Source: Candidatus Sulfomarinibacteraceae bacterium (GTDB lineage: Bacteria > Acidobacteriota > Thermoanaerobaculia > Thermoanaerobaculales > Sulfomarinibacteraceae). Taken from it: DNA of 64,000 nt. Both the position numbers and the translations under genes were made by a program. The DNA lies in assembly GCA_963796455.1 (NCBI GenBank), contig CAWCLO010000004.1, positions 800,001-864,000 of the forward strand, read 5' to 3'. Shown here one piece after another: positions 12,004-23,496 of this stretch (position 1 is the first letter of the stretch; the number at the start of each line of letters is the position of its first letter). The notes beneath the pieces are model-generated. The model did no database searches. It was not told the origin of the DNA and saw nothing but the letters and a program-made list of their open reading frames with translations.

Positions 12004-12770
12004 AGTTAACCCTGCACGTATGGCGCCAGCGGAACAGCCAGGACAAGGGCGGCTTTGAAACCTACGAGCTCGAGGACGTCAGCACGCACATGTCCTTTCT
12101 CGAAATGTTGGATGTCCTCAATCAGGATCTGATCAACAAGGGCGACCGGCCGATCGCTTTTGATCACGATTGCCGCGAGGGTGTGTGTGGAACCTGTGGC
12201 TTCGTCATCAACGGCGTTGCCCACGGCCACCAGAAGGGCAGCACGATCTGCCAGCTCCACATGCGTCATTTCAACGATGGCGACGAGATCACGATCGAGC
12301 CGTGGCGTGCCAAGGCCTTTCCGATTCTCAATGATCTGGTTGTTGACCGGTCGGCCTTCGACCGCATCATTCAGGCGGGAGGATTCATCACCATTCGCAC
12401 CGGGAGCGCACCCGATGCGAACGCGATCCCGATTCCGACCGAGACCCTCGAACACGCGATCGACTACGCCGAGTGCATCGGCTGCGGTGCGTGTGTGGCT
12501 TCATGCCCGAACGGCGCGGCCATGCTCTTTGTCGGGGCCAAGATCTCCCACCTCAGCCTGCTCCCGCAGGGCCAGCCTGAAAGGGCGAAGCGGGCCCTGA
12601 AAATGGTCGAGGCCATGGAGCGCGAGGCATTCGGCGCGTGCACCAACTATCGATCCTGCGAGGCAGTCTGCCCGAAGGAGATCTCGATCTCGGCGATTGC
12701 GAAAATGAATGCAGACTTCCGCCGCGCAGCGCTGCACGGCGACAAAGCGCCGGTCGGGAAAAAACACTAG
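12000..12770 (+). CDS. sdhB: Succinate dehydrogenase/fumarate reductase iron-sulfur subunit
   Basis: [32 protein letters not shown] at 12000 overlaps sdhA stop. Confidence 0.95.
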
Positions 12771-12789
12771 AACTGCCGGCGATCAATTC

Positions 12790-12822
12790 AAAAGGGGCGT
12801 GCTTCGGCACGCCCCCTTTTTT
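12790..12822 (+). terminator. Intrinsic terminator after sdhB
   Basis: aaaaggggcgtgc-ttcg-gcacgcccc followed by a T run. Confidence 0.9.
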
Positions 12823-12838
12823 GATGCTGCAAACGGTG

Positions 12839-13010
12839 AAACCGCAGATCACGCAGATGGACGCAGATTGCGGATAGAGCTGGTCACAACGGGCACGGCG
12901 TCACGCCTTGTTGCCCTGGTTGGTTTCGCGATCAGGTTTGCGGAAGGCTGTAAATAACTGAAGGCGCTTGCGATACCGATATCAGCGCGCATCTGCGTGA
13001 TCTGCGGTTT
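12839..13010. repeat. Perfect 21-bp inverted repeat pair (REP/MITE-like)
   Basis: aaaccgcagatcacgcagatg (12839-12859) and catctgcgtgatctgcggttt (12990-13010). Confidence 0.8.
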
Positions 13011-13027
13011 GTGATGGGAGCGGGTCC

Positions 13028-13192
13028 TCACCCGAGCAGGGAAGTGATGATGATCCCGGCGAACATCACCAGGATGGCCGCGCCGAGGATGGCCATCGCG
13101 ATCTCGCCTGCGCTGTACTTGTTATTGAGTTTCGGCTCGGCGGGCTTGTTCGCCTGCGCCGTCTTCTTCTTTTTGCGTGGTTTCTTCGACAT
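13028..13192 (-). CDS. Small single-TM membrane protein (54 aa, below ORF-track cutoff)
   Basis: MSKKPRKKKTAQANKPAEPKLNNKYSAGEIAMAILGAAILVMFAGIIITSLLG: basic N-terminus plus hydrophobic C-terminus. Confidence 0.6.
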   Translation of the reverse strand: MSKKPRKKKKTAQANKPAEPKLNNKYSAGEIAMAILGAAILVMFAGIIITSLLG

Positions 13193-13287
13193 GACTCAGC
13201 CATTGTAACCCGCAATCGGGAATCAGCGACCCTTCCGAGACGTAGTTGAAATTGATGTTCAGGTATCGGTCAAATCGCGGGATTGAC

Positions 13288-13320
13288 AAATCCGAAATCC
13301 GAAATCCGAAATCCGCATTC
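13288..13320. repeat. Heptamer tandem repeat (AAATCCG)x4
   Basis: aaatccgaaatccgaaatccgaaatccgcattc. Confidence 0.75.
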
Positions 13321-13645
13321 TCCGATGGCGAGGAGCCGCCCCGGAGTTCCCTGAACTCCGGAGACAGCCTCTAAAAGGTAGGTATAATGGTGGGCATTAT
13401 AGGTTGGTCGTTACTGACAGGAGGCGGAAAATCCGCCCGTGCAAGGTGGGCATGCTGTCGTCCCTCAAAGCCTTCCGGGCTCTCTCGTCTGAAAACGAGC
13501 AGGGATAGAGAGTCGATAACAACATGGCAATTTACTTATGAGCAATATTTGTGCCCGAATCTGAATATGAACGATGGATCGTGTCGCGCCGTCGTGACAC
13601 AGTCGGGTGCCACGATGTACCGAATTGGTAACAGGGAGGCGTGAA

Positions 13646-14166
13646 ATGAACGATGGTCTTGAGCAGGCGCGAGAGCGTCGCAATATTCTCGAACGTTTGG
13701 GTGCGAAGATACCTGGATTCAGTGGTTACCTCGAACGTGAGTTGCGTCGCGAGGTCGACAAACTGCAGCGGGACTGGCTGGCTCATCAGGTCGATCGGGC
13801 TCGATTTGCAATGAACGGAAAAATCCGCGACTGGTCTCGCAAGGGTCGGCTCGATGTTCTCACCGACGCCGGCAGCATCGAAAAGTCCCTCGACAGGATG
13901 GCCAATCGTATCCGTCATGCCGATTACGGTTCCTCGGGATTTTTTGATGCCGTCAAGATCGGTCAGGCGGAGCTCGACCGGATCTATGAGTTCGATCTCG
14001 CGTTGACCGACTCGGTCGAATACCTCGCTCTGCAGGTCGAACAGCTCCCGGAGACCGCGGATGAACAGATGCTGGCACGCCTTCTCGAGGCGGTGGAGTC
14101 GGCGGACAAGAAATTTGACGAACGGGCGACTGTATTTGAAGACGTCACCCGAACAGGGGGTGTGTG

Positions 14167-14167
<1 letters not shown>
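13646..14167 (+). CDS. Alpha-helical hypothetical protein, first gene of SPFH cluster
   Basis: SD gggagg then ATG 13646; [15 protein letters not shown]...[14 protein letters not shown]. Confidence 0.8.
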
Positions 14168-15267
<1,100 letters not shown>

Positions 15268-15273
15268 GGAATC

Positions 15274-16026
15274 GTGGCCGTCTCGTGCACCCAGTGCGGG
15301 GCCTCCATCGAGCCGCGCTCGGATGAACGGCTGCTTGAATGCCCCTATTGCGACACCGCGCTGGTGATTGATGGGAGCCTGACTCTCTTTCACGAGAGGA
15401 TGGTTCCCACTGTGCCCTACGACAAGGTGGCGGCCAACCTGCGTCGCTTTCTCGGCGGCCGGTCGACGGTCGCCGATCTCGACAGCAAGGCACGGCTTGC
15501 CGATCCGCAGTTGGAGTACTTTCCGTTCTGGGCCTTCACTGTCCGGGTGAAAGGAGGTGACGAGAGGGTGATTCTGCAGCCCGCTGCACCTTCATCCCTC
15601 CAGGGCTTGCAGGGGATCGAGCTTCCTGCCGGGAGCACCCGCCCAATGCGCAGTGACGCGATTGGTGAATCGACGGTGGTCGAGCCGGAGGTGCCTTTGG
15701 AGACCGCCAGGGAATGGCTGGTGGCCCGGCATGGCGACGTCGAGATCACGCGAACAGTGCTCTACCACCTGCCGATGTACCGGACGCCCTATTCATTTCA
15801 GGGAAAAGACTATCTGGCGGCTGTAGACGGCGTTTCCGGCAGGGTCTTCCCGGCCGATTTTCCTGCCAAGGCCGAGGCCCCGTTTGTCGGAGTTGCAGCT
15901 CTCGCGGTGATTGTTTTTGGCCTGGAGGGGCTGATCATTCAGAACCTCATCCTCAAGATGGCGGTCTACCTCATGTCGGCGGTGCCGATCCTCGGAATTG
16001 CCTGGTTGACGTCGAGGAAAGTCTGA
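15274..16026 (+). CDS. Zinc-ribbon membrane protein (YdjG-like)
   Basis: CTQCGA...CPYCD, YFPFW, YHLPMY, VDGVSGRV, 2 C-terminal TM. Confidence 0.75.
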   Translation: MAVSCTQCGASIEPRSDERLLECPYCDTALVIDGSLTLFHERMVPTVPYDKVAANLRRFLGGRSTVADLDSKARLADPQLEYFPFWAFTVRVKGGDERVILQPAAPSSLQGLQGIELPAGSTRPMRSDAIGESTVVEPEVPLETAREWLVARHGDVEITRTVLYHLPMYRTPYSFQGKDYLAAVDGVSGRVFPADFPAKAEAPFVGVAALAVIVFGLEGLIIQNLILKMAVYLMSAVPILGIAWLTSRKV

Positions 16027-16030
16027 TGAC

Positions 16031-16143
16031 GAGTTCTGAGTTCGGATTTCGGAATTCGGAGTTTCCCGCACGCAGCTGGTGTGAATACAACGGTTGGGTA
16101 GAGGGGGCGACATTCCGAACCCCGAACTCCGAACTCCGAATTC
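16031..16143. repeat. Inverted pair of heptamer tandem repeats
   Basis: gagttcggatttcggaattcggagtt ... attccgaaccccgaactccgaactccgaattc. Confidence 0.7.
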
Positions 16144-16177
16144 GCGGCCGTCGTCAACGCGGCCGGGGAACGCCACC

Positions 16178-17302
16178 ATGACGGATCGGCCGCTTCCGCC
16201 GCCACCGCCGCCGCCTCCTCCCGTGGAGGGGGCAAAGGTCAAGGTCAAGGCACCCGCAGCGCCGGAGAAAAAGAAGGGTAAGAAACGTCTTCTGACAGGT
16301 TTGAGATGTTTCTCCTGCGGTGGTTCGGTCGATGTCCAGGAGGGCGTCACAAACGTCGAATGCCGCTACTGCGGAACGCCTCAGGCGGTTGTCGGACGGC
16401 GCGGCGTCGTCAACGTGATGGTTCTCAACACGGTCGAGCGGGAAAAAGCCAGCCGTATTGTCCGAAATTGGTTCACCAAAGGAATCCGCAAGGATCCCGC
16501 GCTGCGCAAAGAGGCCCATTTTCAGGAGGCCTTTCTCGCGTGGTTCCCCTTTGTCCGGGCTCGTCTCGATGTGGTGGGTTGGGTGCTCGGTATCCGGGAG
16601 AAAAAACGCAAGCGCGGCAACAAATGGGAAACCGTCCGCGAACCGGTCGAACGGGCGATTGAACAGTCGGTGGATCTGACCATGCCGGCGGCGGAGATGG
16701 CCGAATTCGGGGTTCACCGGATCGATCTGGCCGGCGATGAAGTCCATCCCCTCGACGACGCCCTGTTGCGCAGCCGGGGAATGGTCTTTCGACCGAGCCG
16801 GTCGCTCGAAGAAACCGCCGCGCTCCTCAGCGACGGCGCCATCGACAACATCAAGCGGTCCAATCGCCTCGATCATGTTTCATTTTCGTGGCTGGCTGGA
16901 GTCCGACGCAGGGTGGCGCTGGTCTATTACCCTTTGTGGGTCGTTCGCTATGGCTTTCGCGGCCGGACCTATCAGGTATTGGTCGATGCCGAGGACGGGA
17001 GCCTTGCTTACGCCAAGGCGCCGGGGAACCATTTCTACCGTGCCTTCAGCCTGGTTGGAACTGCTGCCGGTGCCTGTTTCATTGGCACCACCATCCTCCA
17101 ACACGCCGGTTCCTTCCTGCGCTCCGAAAATGGTCTCATGGGCCTCGGGATCGTCGGTCTCGCGTTGGCTGGTCTGGTGTACTGGGGCTTCACCCAGTTC
17201 CGGCACGGTGGCGAGGTGGAGGAGGGGACCGGGCTGGCCAGTGATCGAGAACGAAAAACCCTCTCCGACACGGTCAAGGACGTGGTGGATCAATTCCAAT
17301 GA
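16178..17302 (+). CDS. Zinc-ribbon membrane protein (YdjG-like), Pro/Lys-rich N-terminus
   Basis: CFSCGG...CRYCG, WFPFV, YYPLWVVRY, VDAEDGSL, 2 TM. Confidence 0.75.
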   Translation: MTDRPLPPPPPPPPPVEGAKVKVKAPAAPEKKKGKKRLLTGLRCFSCGGSVDVQEGVTNVECRYCGTPQAVVGRRGVVNVMVLNTVEREKASRIVRNWFTKGIRKDPALRKEAHFQEAFLAWFPFVRARLDVVGWVLGIREKKRKRGNKWETVREPVERAIEQSVDLTMPAAEMAEFGVHRIDLAGDEVHPLDDALLRSRGMVFRPSRSLEETAALLSDGAIDNIKRSNRLDHVSFSWLAGVRRRVALVYYPLWVVRYGFRGRTYQVLVDAEDGSLAYAKAPGNHFYRAFSLVGTAAGACFIGTTILQHAGSFLRSENGLMGLGIVGLALAGLVYWGFTQFRHGGEVEEGTGLASDRERKTLSDTVKDVVDQFQ

Positions 17303-17886
17303 CGCTTCATCTGGTTTCCCTCGATTGTCCCTCCTGCGGTTCGGCCCTTCATGGGGAGGGTCTGGATACGATCTTCTTCTGCGATCACTGCGGCGACGCG
17401 GCCACCCTCTCGGAGGATGGTTTGCAGATGGTGGAGAGCTCGGCACTGGTGCCGGCGCCGGGACGATCGGCTCGATGGTGGAAACCGGCGTGGATGCTCG
17501 AGACCGATGTCACGGTCGATGAACGGGTGCGGTCGGGTGGCCGAAGAAGCGAGGGTTGGAGTGGTCGGCGGATGTTCGTTGTGCCCGCCTTTCCGATGCC
17601 TCTGGAGGATCTGACCCGGCTTTCCCGTGCGCTCTCCGAGGCCGCCGGCGACACCGCGGAGGTTCCGCGCGAGCCGATCCACGGCGGCTCACTTGCGGTG
17701 GAGGACGCGGTCACTCTCGTGCGTCACATACTGATCGGAGACGAGGTTCGCCGTTCCGACATGCTGGCGTCGGTGCGAGTCGATGTCGATGTGGTGGCCA
17801 GTCGCCTGGTGGCGACTCCCTTCGAACCCACCACCGGCGGCCTGCGCTGTTCGGTCACCGGGGTCACCGTCCGCGCCGAGGTGTGA
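17299..17886 (+). CDS. Zinc-ribbon protein
   Basis: CPSCGS...CDHCG, WKPAW; ATGA overlap with previous gene. Confidence 0.7.
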   Translation: MTLHLVSLDCPSCGSALHGEGLDTIFFCDHCGDAATLSEDGLQMVESSALVPAPGRSARWWKPAWMLETDVTVDERVRSGGRRSEGWSGRRMFVVPAFPMPLEDLTRLSRALSEAAGDTAEVPREPIHGGSLAVEDAVTLVRHILIGDEVRRSDMLASVRVDVDVVASRLVATPFEPTTGGLRCSVTGVTVRAEV

Positions 17887-17918
17887 CGCCTCACGGCGCC
17901 AGGCGCTGGATGCTGGAT

Positions 17919-18770
17919 CACTGCTGTCCAAAACAGATTGTCATGAAGTTGCCCACCTGACAACACGTGGATTACGGGTTGGTTTTTGGCATATCCGGTT
18001 CGTGGTTCGCAGGTACCCGATCCCGATCCCGAATCGCAGCGGCAGCGACAGGCAGCAGCGAACAGGGACAGCGACAGGAAACAGCGGTCAGCGATCAGTA
18101 GTCAGCGATCGGCGGCAGCGGTCATGAGTCCATGCGACGAAGTGGCCACCTCCGGGTCGTTCAACAGAAGGAGTATCCGGTGGGCGTCCGATGTCAAGGA
18201 CAGGCAGGGTGCAGGGCATCCTTGACATCGGCCGCCACACCGGCTTGTGGGTATGGGCATGAACGACCCGGAGGTGACCATGTCCAACGCCGCCGCGAAC
18301 ACCAACCTCGTTGCCCACTCGAAAGCCCTCGAAGCAGCAGGTATCGCTATCAAGCTCGTGATGAGGGTTCCAGCTCCGCTGAAATCCATAGCCGATCAGG
18401 TGATCCGATCGGCGAGTTCAGTCCCTGCGAACCTGGCAGAAGGCCACGGCCGATTCGGTAGAGACCGGTTGAACCACTGGAGAATCGCCTACGCCTCGGC
18501 CAAAGAGGTCGACAGCCACTTGCAGCTCCTCGCCCACGCCGGGGCGATCAGCCCGAACGGAGCCGGTGAAGCGATGAACGCCTTCGATCACGTCCGTGCG
18601 ATGACCTGGCGTTTACTCAACCCAAAGTCTTGATTTCAGGGCTCCATACCAGTCAAACGTGACGCTGACTTCTGTTCGCTGACGCTGAACACTGATCGCT
18701 GTTCCCTGTCCCTGACGCTGGCCCCTGTCGCCGTCCCTGAACGCTGTCCGAAACACTGTCTTGGACAAGA
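17919..18770 (+). mobile_element. Duplicated four-helix-bundle element, copy 1
   Basis: Colinear with 36501-37316; 11/12 terminal IR tgtccaaaacag/ctgtcttggaca; inverted low-complexity flanks. Confidence 0.7.
18280..18633 (+). CDS. Four helix bundle protein (23S rRNA IVP / TIGR02436-like)
   Basis: DQVIRSASSVPANLAEGHGR...IAYASAKEVDSHL; SD ggaggt before ATG 18280. Confidence 0.88.
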   Translation: MSNAAANTNLVAHSKALEAAGIAIKLVMRVPAPLKSIADQVIRSASSVPANLAEGHGRFGRDRLNHWRIAYASAKEVDSHLQLLAHAGAISPNGAGEAMNAFDHVRAMTWRLLNPKS

Positions 18771-18894
18771 TCGATCCTCCGCCTTGAATCCAGCATCCAG
18801 AAAACGGGCGGTTTGGAAGATATCCGAGCTTCGTGCGTAATCCTCTTCATGAACGAATTGCTAAGATGGTTCTCTCAACTCCGGAGGTGAAGTC

Positions 18895-20388
18895 ATGGGG
18901 TTCACGATCCTGATAACTGCGTTGATCGTCATTCCGGTCCTGCTCTTTTTTGCGTATCTGGTGATCCGGGTTCGTTATAAAAAGGCTGGGCCCGATGAGG
19001 CATTGATCGTCTTCGGTCGGCGGAGGATCTTCGGCAAAAAGGTCCGCTCGGAGAAAGGCGAGATCGAAGGATTTCGCATTATCCGCGGCGGCGGAACCTT
19101 TGTGTGGCCGGCGTGGGAACAATACGAGGTGTTGTCGCTTCGGATGATGACCCTCGAGATCGACATGCCGCACGTCTACACGATCCAGGGCATTCCCATC
19201 AACGTGAAGGCGGTGGCCCAGGTCAAGGTCCAGGGCGATATCGGACACATCCGAAGCGCCGCCGAGGGCTTTCTTGGCATGCCGGTCGATGACATCCAGG
19301 CAACCATCAAGGAAACAGTTGCCGGTCACCTCCGCGGGATCGTCGGAACCTTGACGGTCGAGGAGCTCTATCGAGACCAGCGTCGTTTCCAGGAGAAGGT
19401 CCGCGAGGAAGCCCACGTCGATCTCGAAGGAATGGGCTTCGAATTCCGTTCCTTTGTGTTCCGGGCCATCCAGGACGACCAGGGCTACCTCAATGCGCTC
19501 GGTCAGCCCAAGATCCAGGAAGCGCTCAAAAACGCCCGAATCGCCACCGCCGGCGCCGACCGCGATGCCAAGATCGAAGAGGAGCAAGCGCGGCAGCAGA
19601 AGGAACAGAAGCGGATCGGTGTGGACACCGAAATTGCCGAGGCCGACAAGGCATTGAGCCTCAAGGTCGCGTCCATCAAAAAGGAAGTCGATGTTGCCGA
19701 CGCCATGGCGATCAAGGCGGGCGAGATGGAGCTCAAGGTTCAGGATATCCAGATCGCCGATCAGGAGGTCAAACGGCAGAAGCTCGAACTCAATGCCTCG
19801 ATCCGCGAACAGGCGGACGCCAAAAAGTACGAGGCCGAACGCCTGGCCGATGCGAAGAAGTACACCGTCGAACAGGAAGCCACGGCGGAGCGGCTACGCA
19901 GAGAGCAGGCGGCAATGGCGCTGCAGGCCGAGGGTATTGCGAAGGCCGAGTCCGAGTCCGTCCAGCGCCGACAGATCGGTCTCGCCGAAGCCGAGGCGAT
20001 CCAGGCCAAGGGCGACGCGGAGGCGGGAGCCCGACGCAAACTTGCCGAGGCCCTCAAGCTCTACAATGAGGCCGGTCTTTCGATCGAGGCCCTCAAAGTA
20101 CTGCCCGAGATCGCTGCGGCGGTCTCCGAGCCCCTCGCCCGTGCCGGCGAGACAACCATCATCTCCACCGGAGGCGGCCCGGGTGACGGCACGGGTGCCG
20201 CTCGTCTGACCGACGATGTGATTCAGGTTCTCTCGCAGCTCGGGCCGGTAATGAAACAGCTCTCAGGCGTGGATCTGGACAATCTACTGCAAGACCTCGC
20301 CCGTTTGCCGGGAGCGGTTGCCGACAAGGCGAAAACTAAACCCGAAACGGCCGCCAAGGACGCCGGTAAGGTCTTCGGTTCGGACTAG
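18895..20388 (+). CDS. Flotillin family SPFH protein
   Basis: N-terminal TM, YKKAGPDEALIV, GGGTFVWP, GHLRGIVGTLTVEEL, GYLNALG, AEA-rich coiled coil. Confidence 0.9.
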   Translation: MGFTILITALIVIPVLLFFAYLVIRVRYKKAGPDEALIVFGRRRIFGKKVRSEKGEIEGFRIIRGGGTFVWPAWEQYEVLSLRMMTLEIDMPHVYTIQGIPINVKAVAQVKVQGDIGHIRSAAEGFLGMPVDDIQATIKETVAGHLRGIVGTLTVEELYRDQRRFQEKVREEAHVDLEGMGFEFRSFVFRAIQDDQGYLNALGQPKIQEALKNARIATAGADRDAKIEEEQARQQKEQKRIGVDTEIAEADKALSLKVASIKKEVDVADAMAIKAGEMELKVQDIQIADQEVKRQKLELNASIREQADAKKYEAERLADAKKYTVEQEATAERLRREQAAMALQAEGIAKAESESVQRRQIGLAEAEAIQAKGDAEAGARRKLAEALKLYNEAGLSIEALKVLPEIAAAVSEPLARAGETTIISTGGGPGDGTGAARLTDDVIQVLSQLGPVMKQLSGVDLDNLLQDLARLPGAVADKAKTKPETAAKDAGKVFGSD

Positions 20389-20396
20389 AGGGAACG

Positions 20397-21515
20397 ATGA
20401 GTCAGCGCAAGCTCAACGCCCTGCTCTTCGAGCTCCAGACGGCAAATTCGCCGCTTGCTCAGGCCAAGATTCTGGCCCGAGCCTGGCGAACCGTCCGCGA
20501 GCTCAGCCCGACGGACCGCAAGTTGCTTGCGCGACATGCGGGATTCGATGGGGCCGGCGAAATCCTGGAGGGAATCTCGACGAAAAAGGGCGGGATGGCA
20601 CCGGCCATGTTGCTCCGGGCTCTGACCGACGCACGGAATGCCGACGGATCGACCGTCCGCAATCTGCTGGATGGTCTGCGCGATCCCGAGCGACGCGAAG
20701 AGACGGTGGCCGGCGGCCTCGATTACGCGGCTGAGCTGCTTCGAAAACCGGGTGAAGATGAGCCCGCACCGGGGGTCGAAGAGGCTCTGGGTCAGCTCCA
20801 GGCGGTAGAGTCAAAGGTGGAGGAGACGCCTGAAGAGGCCCTGGCCGCTCTCGGGGCCTTGGATATCAAGGGAGAGGCCGCCGAGACCGAAGCACAGGTC
20901 CCCGAGGCGGCGACGCCCGCCGAACCCGAGCCGGTGCCGGAGGTGACCCCGGAGTTCAAGTTGACGATGAAGCCGCCGGCGCTCCCGATACCGCCACCGC
21001 CGCCGGCAAAGGTTCGTGCAAAACCCGAACAACAGGCCGTCGACTGGAGCCGCTGGCAATCTGGGCCAGAAAAGGAACGTCCCGCTCCGACCCCGAGACC
21101 CGATGCTCCGGCTACGGGACAACACGCCTCCGTACCCAGTTTTGATGCCAGGAAAGTGCTCGAGGCCCTCGGTGCGGAGGGGTCGGTCTTTTCGCGTCTG
21201 CGGGTGCTTCGCCGGGAGCTCCAGGGTTTCAAGGGCTCGAGCCTCGAGACGGTACGCAATTTGGTCGAGGTCTTTCCTCCAGGGTGGGCGCGGCGCCGCG
21301 CGCTGTCCGCGCTCCTCGAAGCGGGGATTCCCGAGAACACCGGCGACGCGGTGGATCTGGTGGGGGATTTTGATCGCGAGCTCGATCGGCGCTGGTGTCT
21401 CGGCATCCTCGCGCGCTCAGGCAGGCTTCGCGGCCAGGAACTCGAGCGTGCCCTCGATATGCTCGAGTCTCCGGCAGCCAGGCGAAGGATCGAGTCTGCG
21501 GCCGAGGTGGGTTGA
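20397..21515 (+). CDS. Hypothetical protein with Pro/Glu-rich linker
   Basis: 372-aa ORF with SD directly after flotillin. Confidence 0.7.
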   Translation: MSQRKLNALLFELQTANSPLAQAKILARAWRTVRELSPTDRKLLARHAGFDGAGEILEGISTKKGGMAPAMLLRALTDARNADGSTVRNLLDGLRDPERREETVAGGLDYAAELLRKPGEDEPAPGVEEALGQLQAVESKVEETPEEALAALGALDIKGEAAETEAQVPEAATPAEPEPVPEVTPEFKLTMKPPALPIPPPPPAKVRAKPEQQAVDWSRWQSGPEKERPAPTPRPDAPATGQHASVPSFDARKVLEALGAEGSVFSRLRVLRRELQGFKGSSLETVRNLVEVFPPGWARRRALSALLEAGIPENTGDAVDLVGDFDRELDRRWCLGILARSGRLRGQELERALDMLESPAARRRIESAAEVG

Positions 21516-21520
21516 GACGC

Positions 21521-23407
21521 CTATTCAGGCGTGCTGTGCATCCGCAGCAGTTCTTGAAAGCGGGGGTCGTCGCGAATCGGATCCCAATCGGGGTCGAGCC
21601 GGAGGTTTGAAACGGACAACCAACCCGGCGTTCGCAGTGATTTTTCAATCCTCTTGACCGCCTGGTAGGGTTCGTCGACCCAGGCGTAGATCTTGGCCAG
21701 CCGGACGAGGTGGCTGTGGCCGGCCATGGCGTCGGACGTGACCGGCAGGAGCTCGACCGCCCGTTCCCCGGCCTCGATTGCCTGGGCCTTGTCGCCCGTC
21801 AACGCATAGGCCCATCCAAGTGCCGCGTGAATCGCTGGATCTCCGGGTGACAGATCTCTCGCGTGTTGCAGGTACTCAAGAGCCGCGCCGCAGCTGTCGA
21901 TGGAAGGCCCCGAGGCCCCGGCGAGCACGTCAACTTCGCACTCAACGAGAACCCTCGGGAGCATGGCCTCGTCGATCGGATCGGGGATCAACTCGCCCGC
22001 CGTGGCGAGCGCGTCCCGTGCCGCGTCGAAGTCACGCTCGTACTTGGCCTGTTCGTACCAATACAAGAGTTGTTGGCTTGGATCCTTATGCGGCATGGCC
22101 TCGATCATCCGTCGCGATTCCTCGAGCGATCCGTCACGGGCCCGGACGATTCTCGCGTAGAAAACATAAGGATAGATGTCGTCGGGTGCCATTTCGACGG
22201 CCCTCCGACAGAAGTCGATTCCGTTGGACCAGCGTCTCATCCGTCCATAGGTCGAGGCGATGTCGAGTACGTAGATATCGCTTTCCGGGTCGAGATCGGC
22301 TGCCCGACTGAGTGCAACGACCGCTTCCTCCCACCGACCCTGGCGTCGAAGGACGACGCCCATTGCGGACATGATCTCGGGATCGTTCGGTCGGCCGTTG
22401 GCGGCCATGCTGAACTCGGTGAGTGCCTGTTCGTAGTTGCGCTGGCCCCAATAGTAGTAATACCCGAGCGCACGATGGCCGTCGGGCAGGTCCGAATTGA
22501 TCTCGAGCGCGCGGTGGGCCGAACCGATCGCCCCCGCCAGACGCTGCGGCGACCGGTCGTAACGAAAATGGAATGTCAGACTGTGGCTTTCGCTCAGGGC
22601 AGCGTGGGCTGCCGCAAAATTCGGATCGAGAGAAACCGCTTCCTGGAAAAACCTTTCGGCAGTGGCTATCTCCTGGCGTTCAAAGCTCCCTTCGTGGAGA
22701 ATCCCTCGCAGAAAAGCCATGTAGGCGTCCATATTGTTGGTGGGACGGTCATCTACGGCCTGCCGTTCGGATTCGTCAAGAGTGATCCGCATATTGTCGG
22801 TCGCGGCGTGGACGACGCTGGATTGAACTGAAAAGACATCTTCCATGGGACGACGAAATCGTTCGTTCCACACGACGTTTCCGTCCGTCGCGTCGATAAG
22901 AGACGCCTCCATCACGAGCTCTCGGCCTTCGGCGGACTCGTGATCCCACAGGACGGAACCGGTCAAAATGTAATCGACGCCAAGATCCTGTGCGATCTCG
23001 TGCACGGGTCGGGACCCCTGTTCCGAGTCGATATTCGGGTGGGAGACCACTCCGAGGTCTGAAATCGCCCCCAACCGATCGGTGATTTCCTCGGTCATCC
23101 CGACGGTCAGAAAAGCGTCTTCGGTAACGCCGAGGTTGTGGAATGGCATCACGACGATCCTGGTCACGTCGGTGCTCTGAGTCGGAACGACAGGTGTCTG
23201 GCTCTGGTATCTCTTACACGCCGGAGATCCAGTCAGCAGGATGGCGATGGCGGTCGAAAGCAGAACGCCGCGAATCGTTCCCCGAGCAAACCGGCCCGAG
23301 CGGTCAATTCGCGATTCACACATCGCGCCGTCCAGCCCGAAGAAGCTTGCTCGGCAATTGCTAGGAAATCTGTAGTGGTGTGGCATCGTTTTCGGTCCCC
23401 GGCACAA
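21521..23407 (-). CDS. TolB-like/FlgO N-domain plus TPR repeat protein (start uncertain)
   Basis: IVVMPFHNLG, GMTEEITDRL, LGVDYILTGSV, PTNNMDAY, TPRs, LRLDPDWDPIRDDPRFQELL. Confidence 0.8.
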   Translation of the reverse strand: MCRGPKTMPHHYRFPSNCRASFFGLDGAMCESRIDRSGRFARGTIRGVLLSTAIAILLTGSPACKRYQSQTPVVPTQSTDVTRIVVMPFHNLGVTEDAFLTVGMTEEITDRLGAISDLGVVSHPNIDSEQGSRPVHEIAQDLGVDYILTGSVLWDHESAEGRELVMEASLIDATDGNVVWNERFRRPMEDVFSVQSSVVHAATDNMRITLDESERQAVDDRPTNNMDAYMAFLRGILHEGSFERQEIATAERFFQEAVSLDPNFAAAHAALSESHSLTFHFRYDRSPQRLAGAIGSAHRALEINSDLPDGHRALGYYYYWGQRNYEQALTEFSMAANGRPNDPEIMSAMGVVLRRQGRWEEAVVALSRAADLDPESDIYVLDIASTYGRMRRWSNGIDFCRRAVEMAPDDIYPYVFYARIVRARDGSLEESRRMIEAMPHKDPSQQLLYWYEQAKYERDFDAARDALATAGELIPDPIDEAMLPRVLVECEVDVLAGASGPSIDSCGAALEYLQHARDLSPGDPAIHAALGWAYALTGDKAQAIEAGERAVELLPVTSDAMAGHSHLVRLAKIYAWVDEPYQAVKRIEKSLRTPGWLSVSNLRLDPDWDPIRDDPRFQELLRMHSTPE

Positions 23408-23496
23408 TCGTTCCTTGTGCCAAAGATCATAGCGCAGAGTTCTACAACCGGCCTCAGTTTTGCGGGCATTTCGCCGAAATTTTACTTTCGACCCGA

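Noticed and set aside
13325..13520. Assignment as 6S RNA or a named riboswitch
   Set aside because: No diagnostic consensus or end-to-end pairing that I could verify; kept only as an unassigned candidate
17919..18770. Classical insertion sequence
   Set aside because: No DDE, HUH or serine/tyrosine recombinase ORF and no target-site duplication seen
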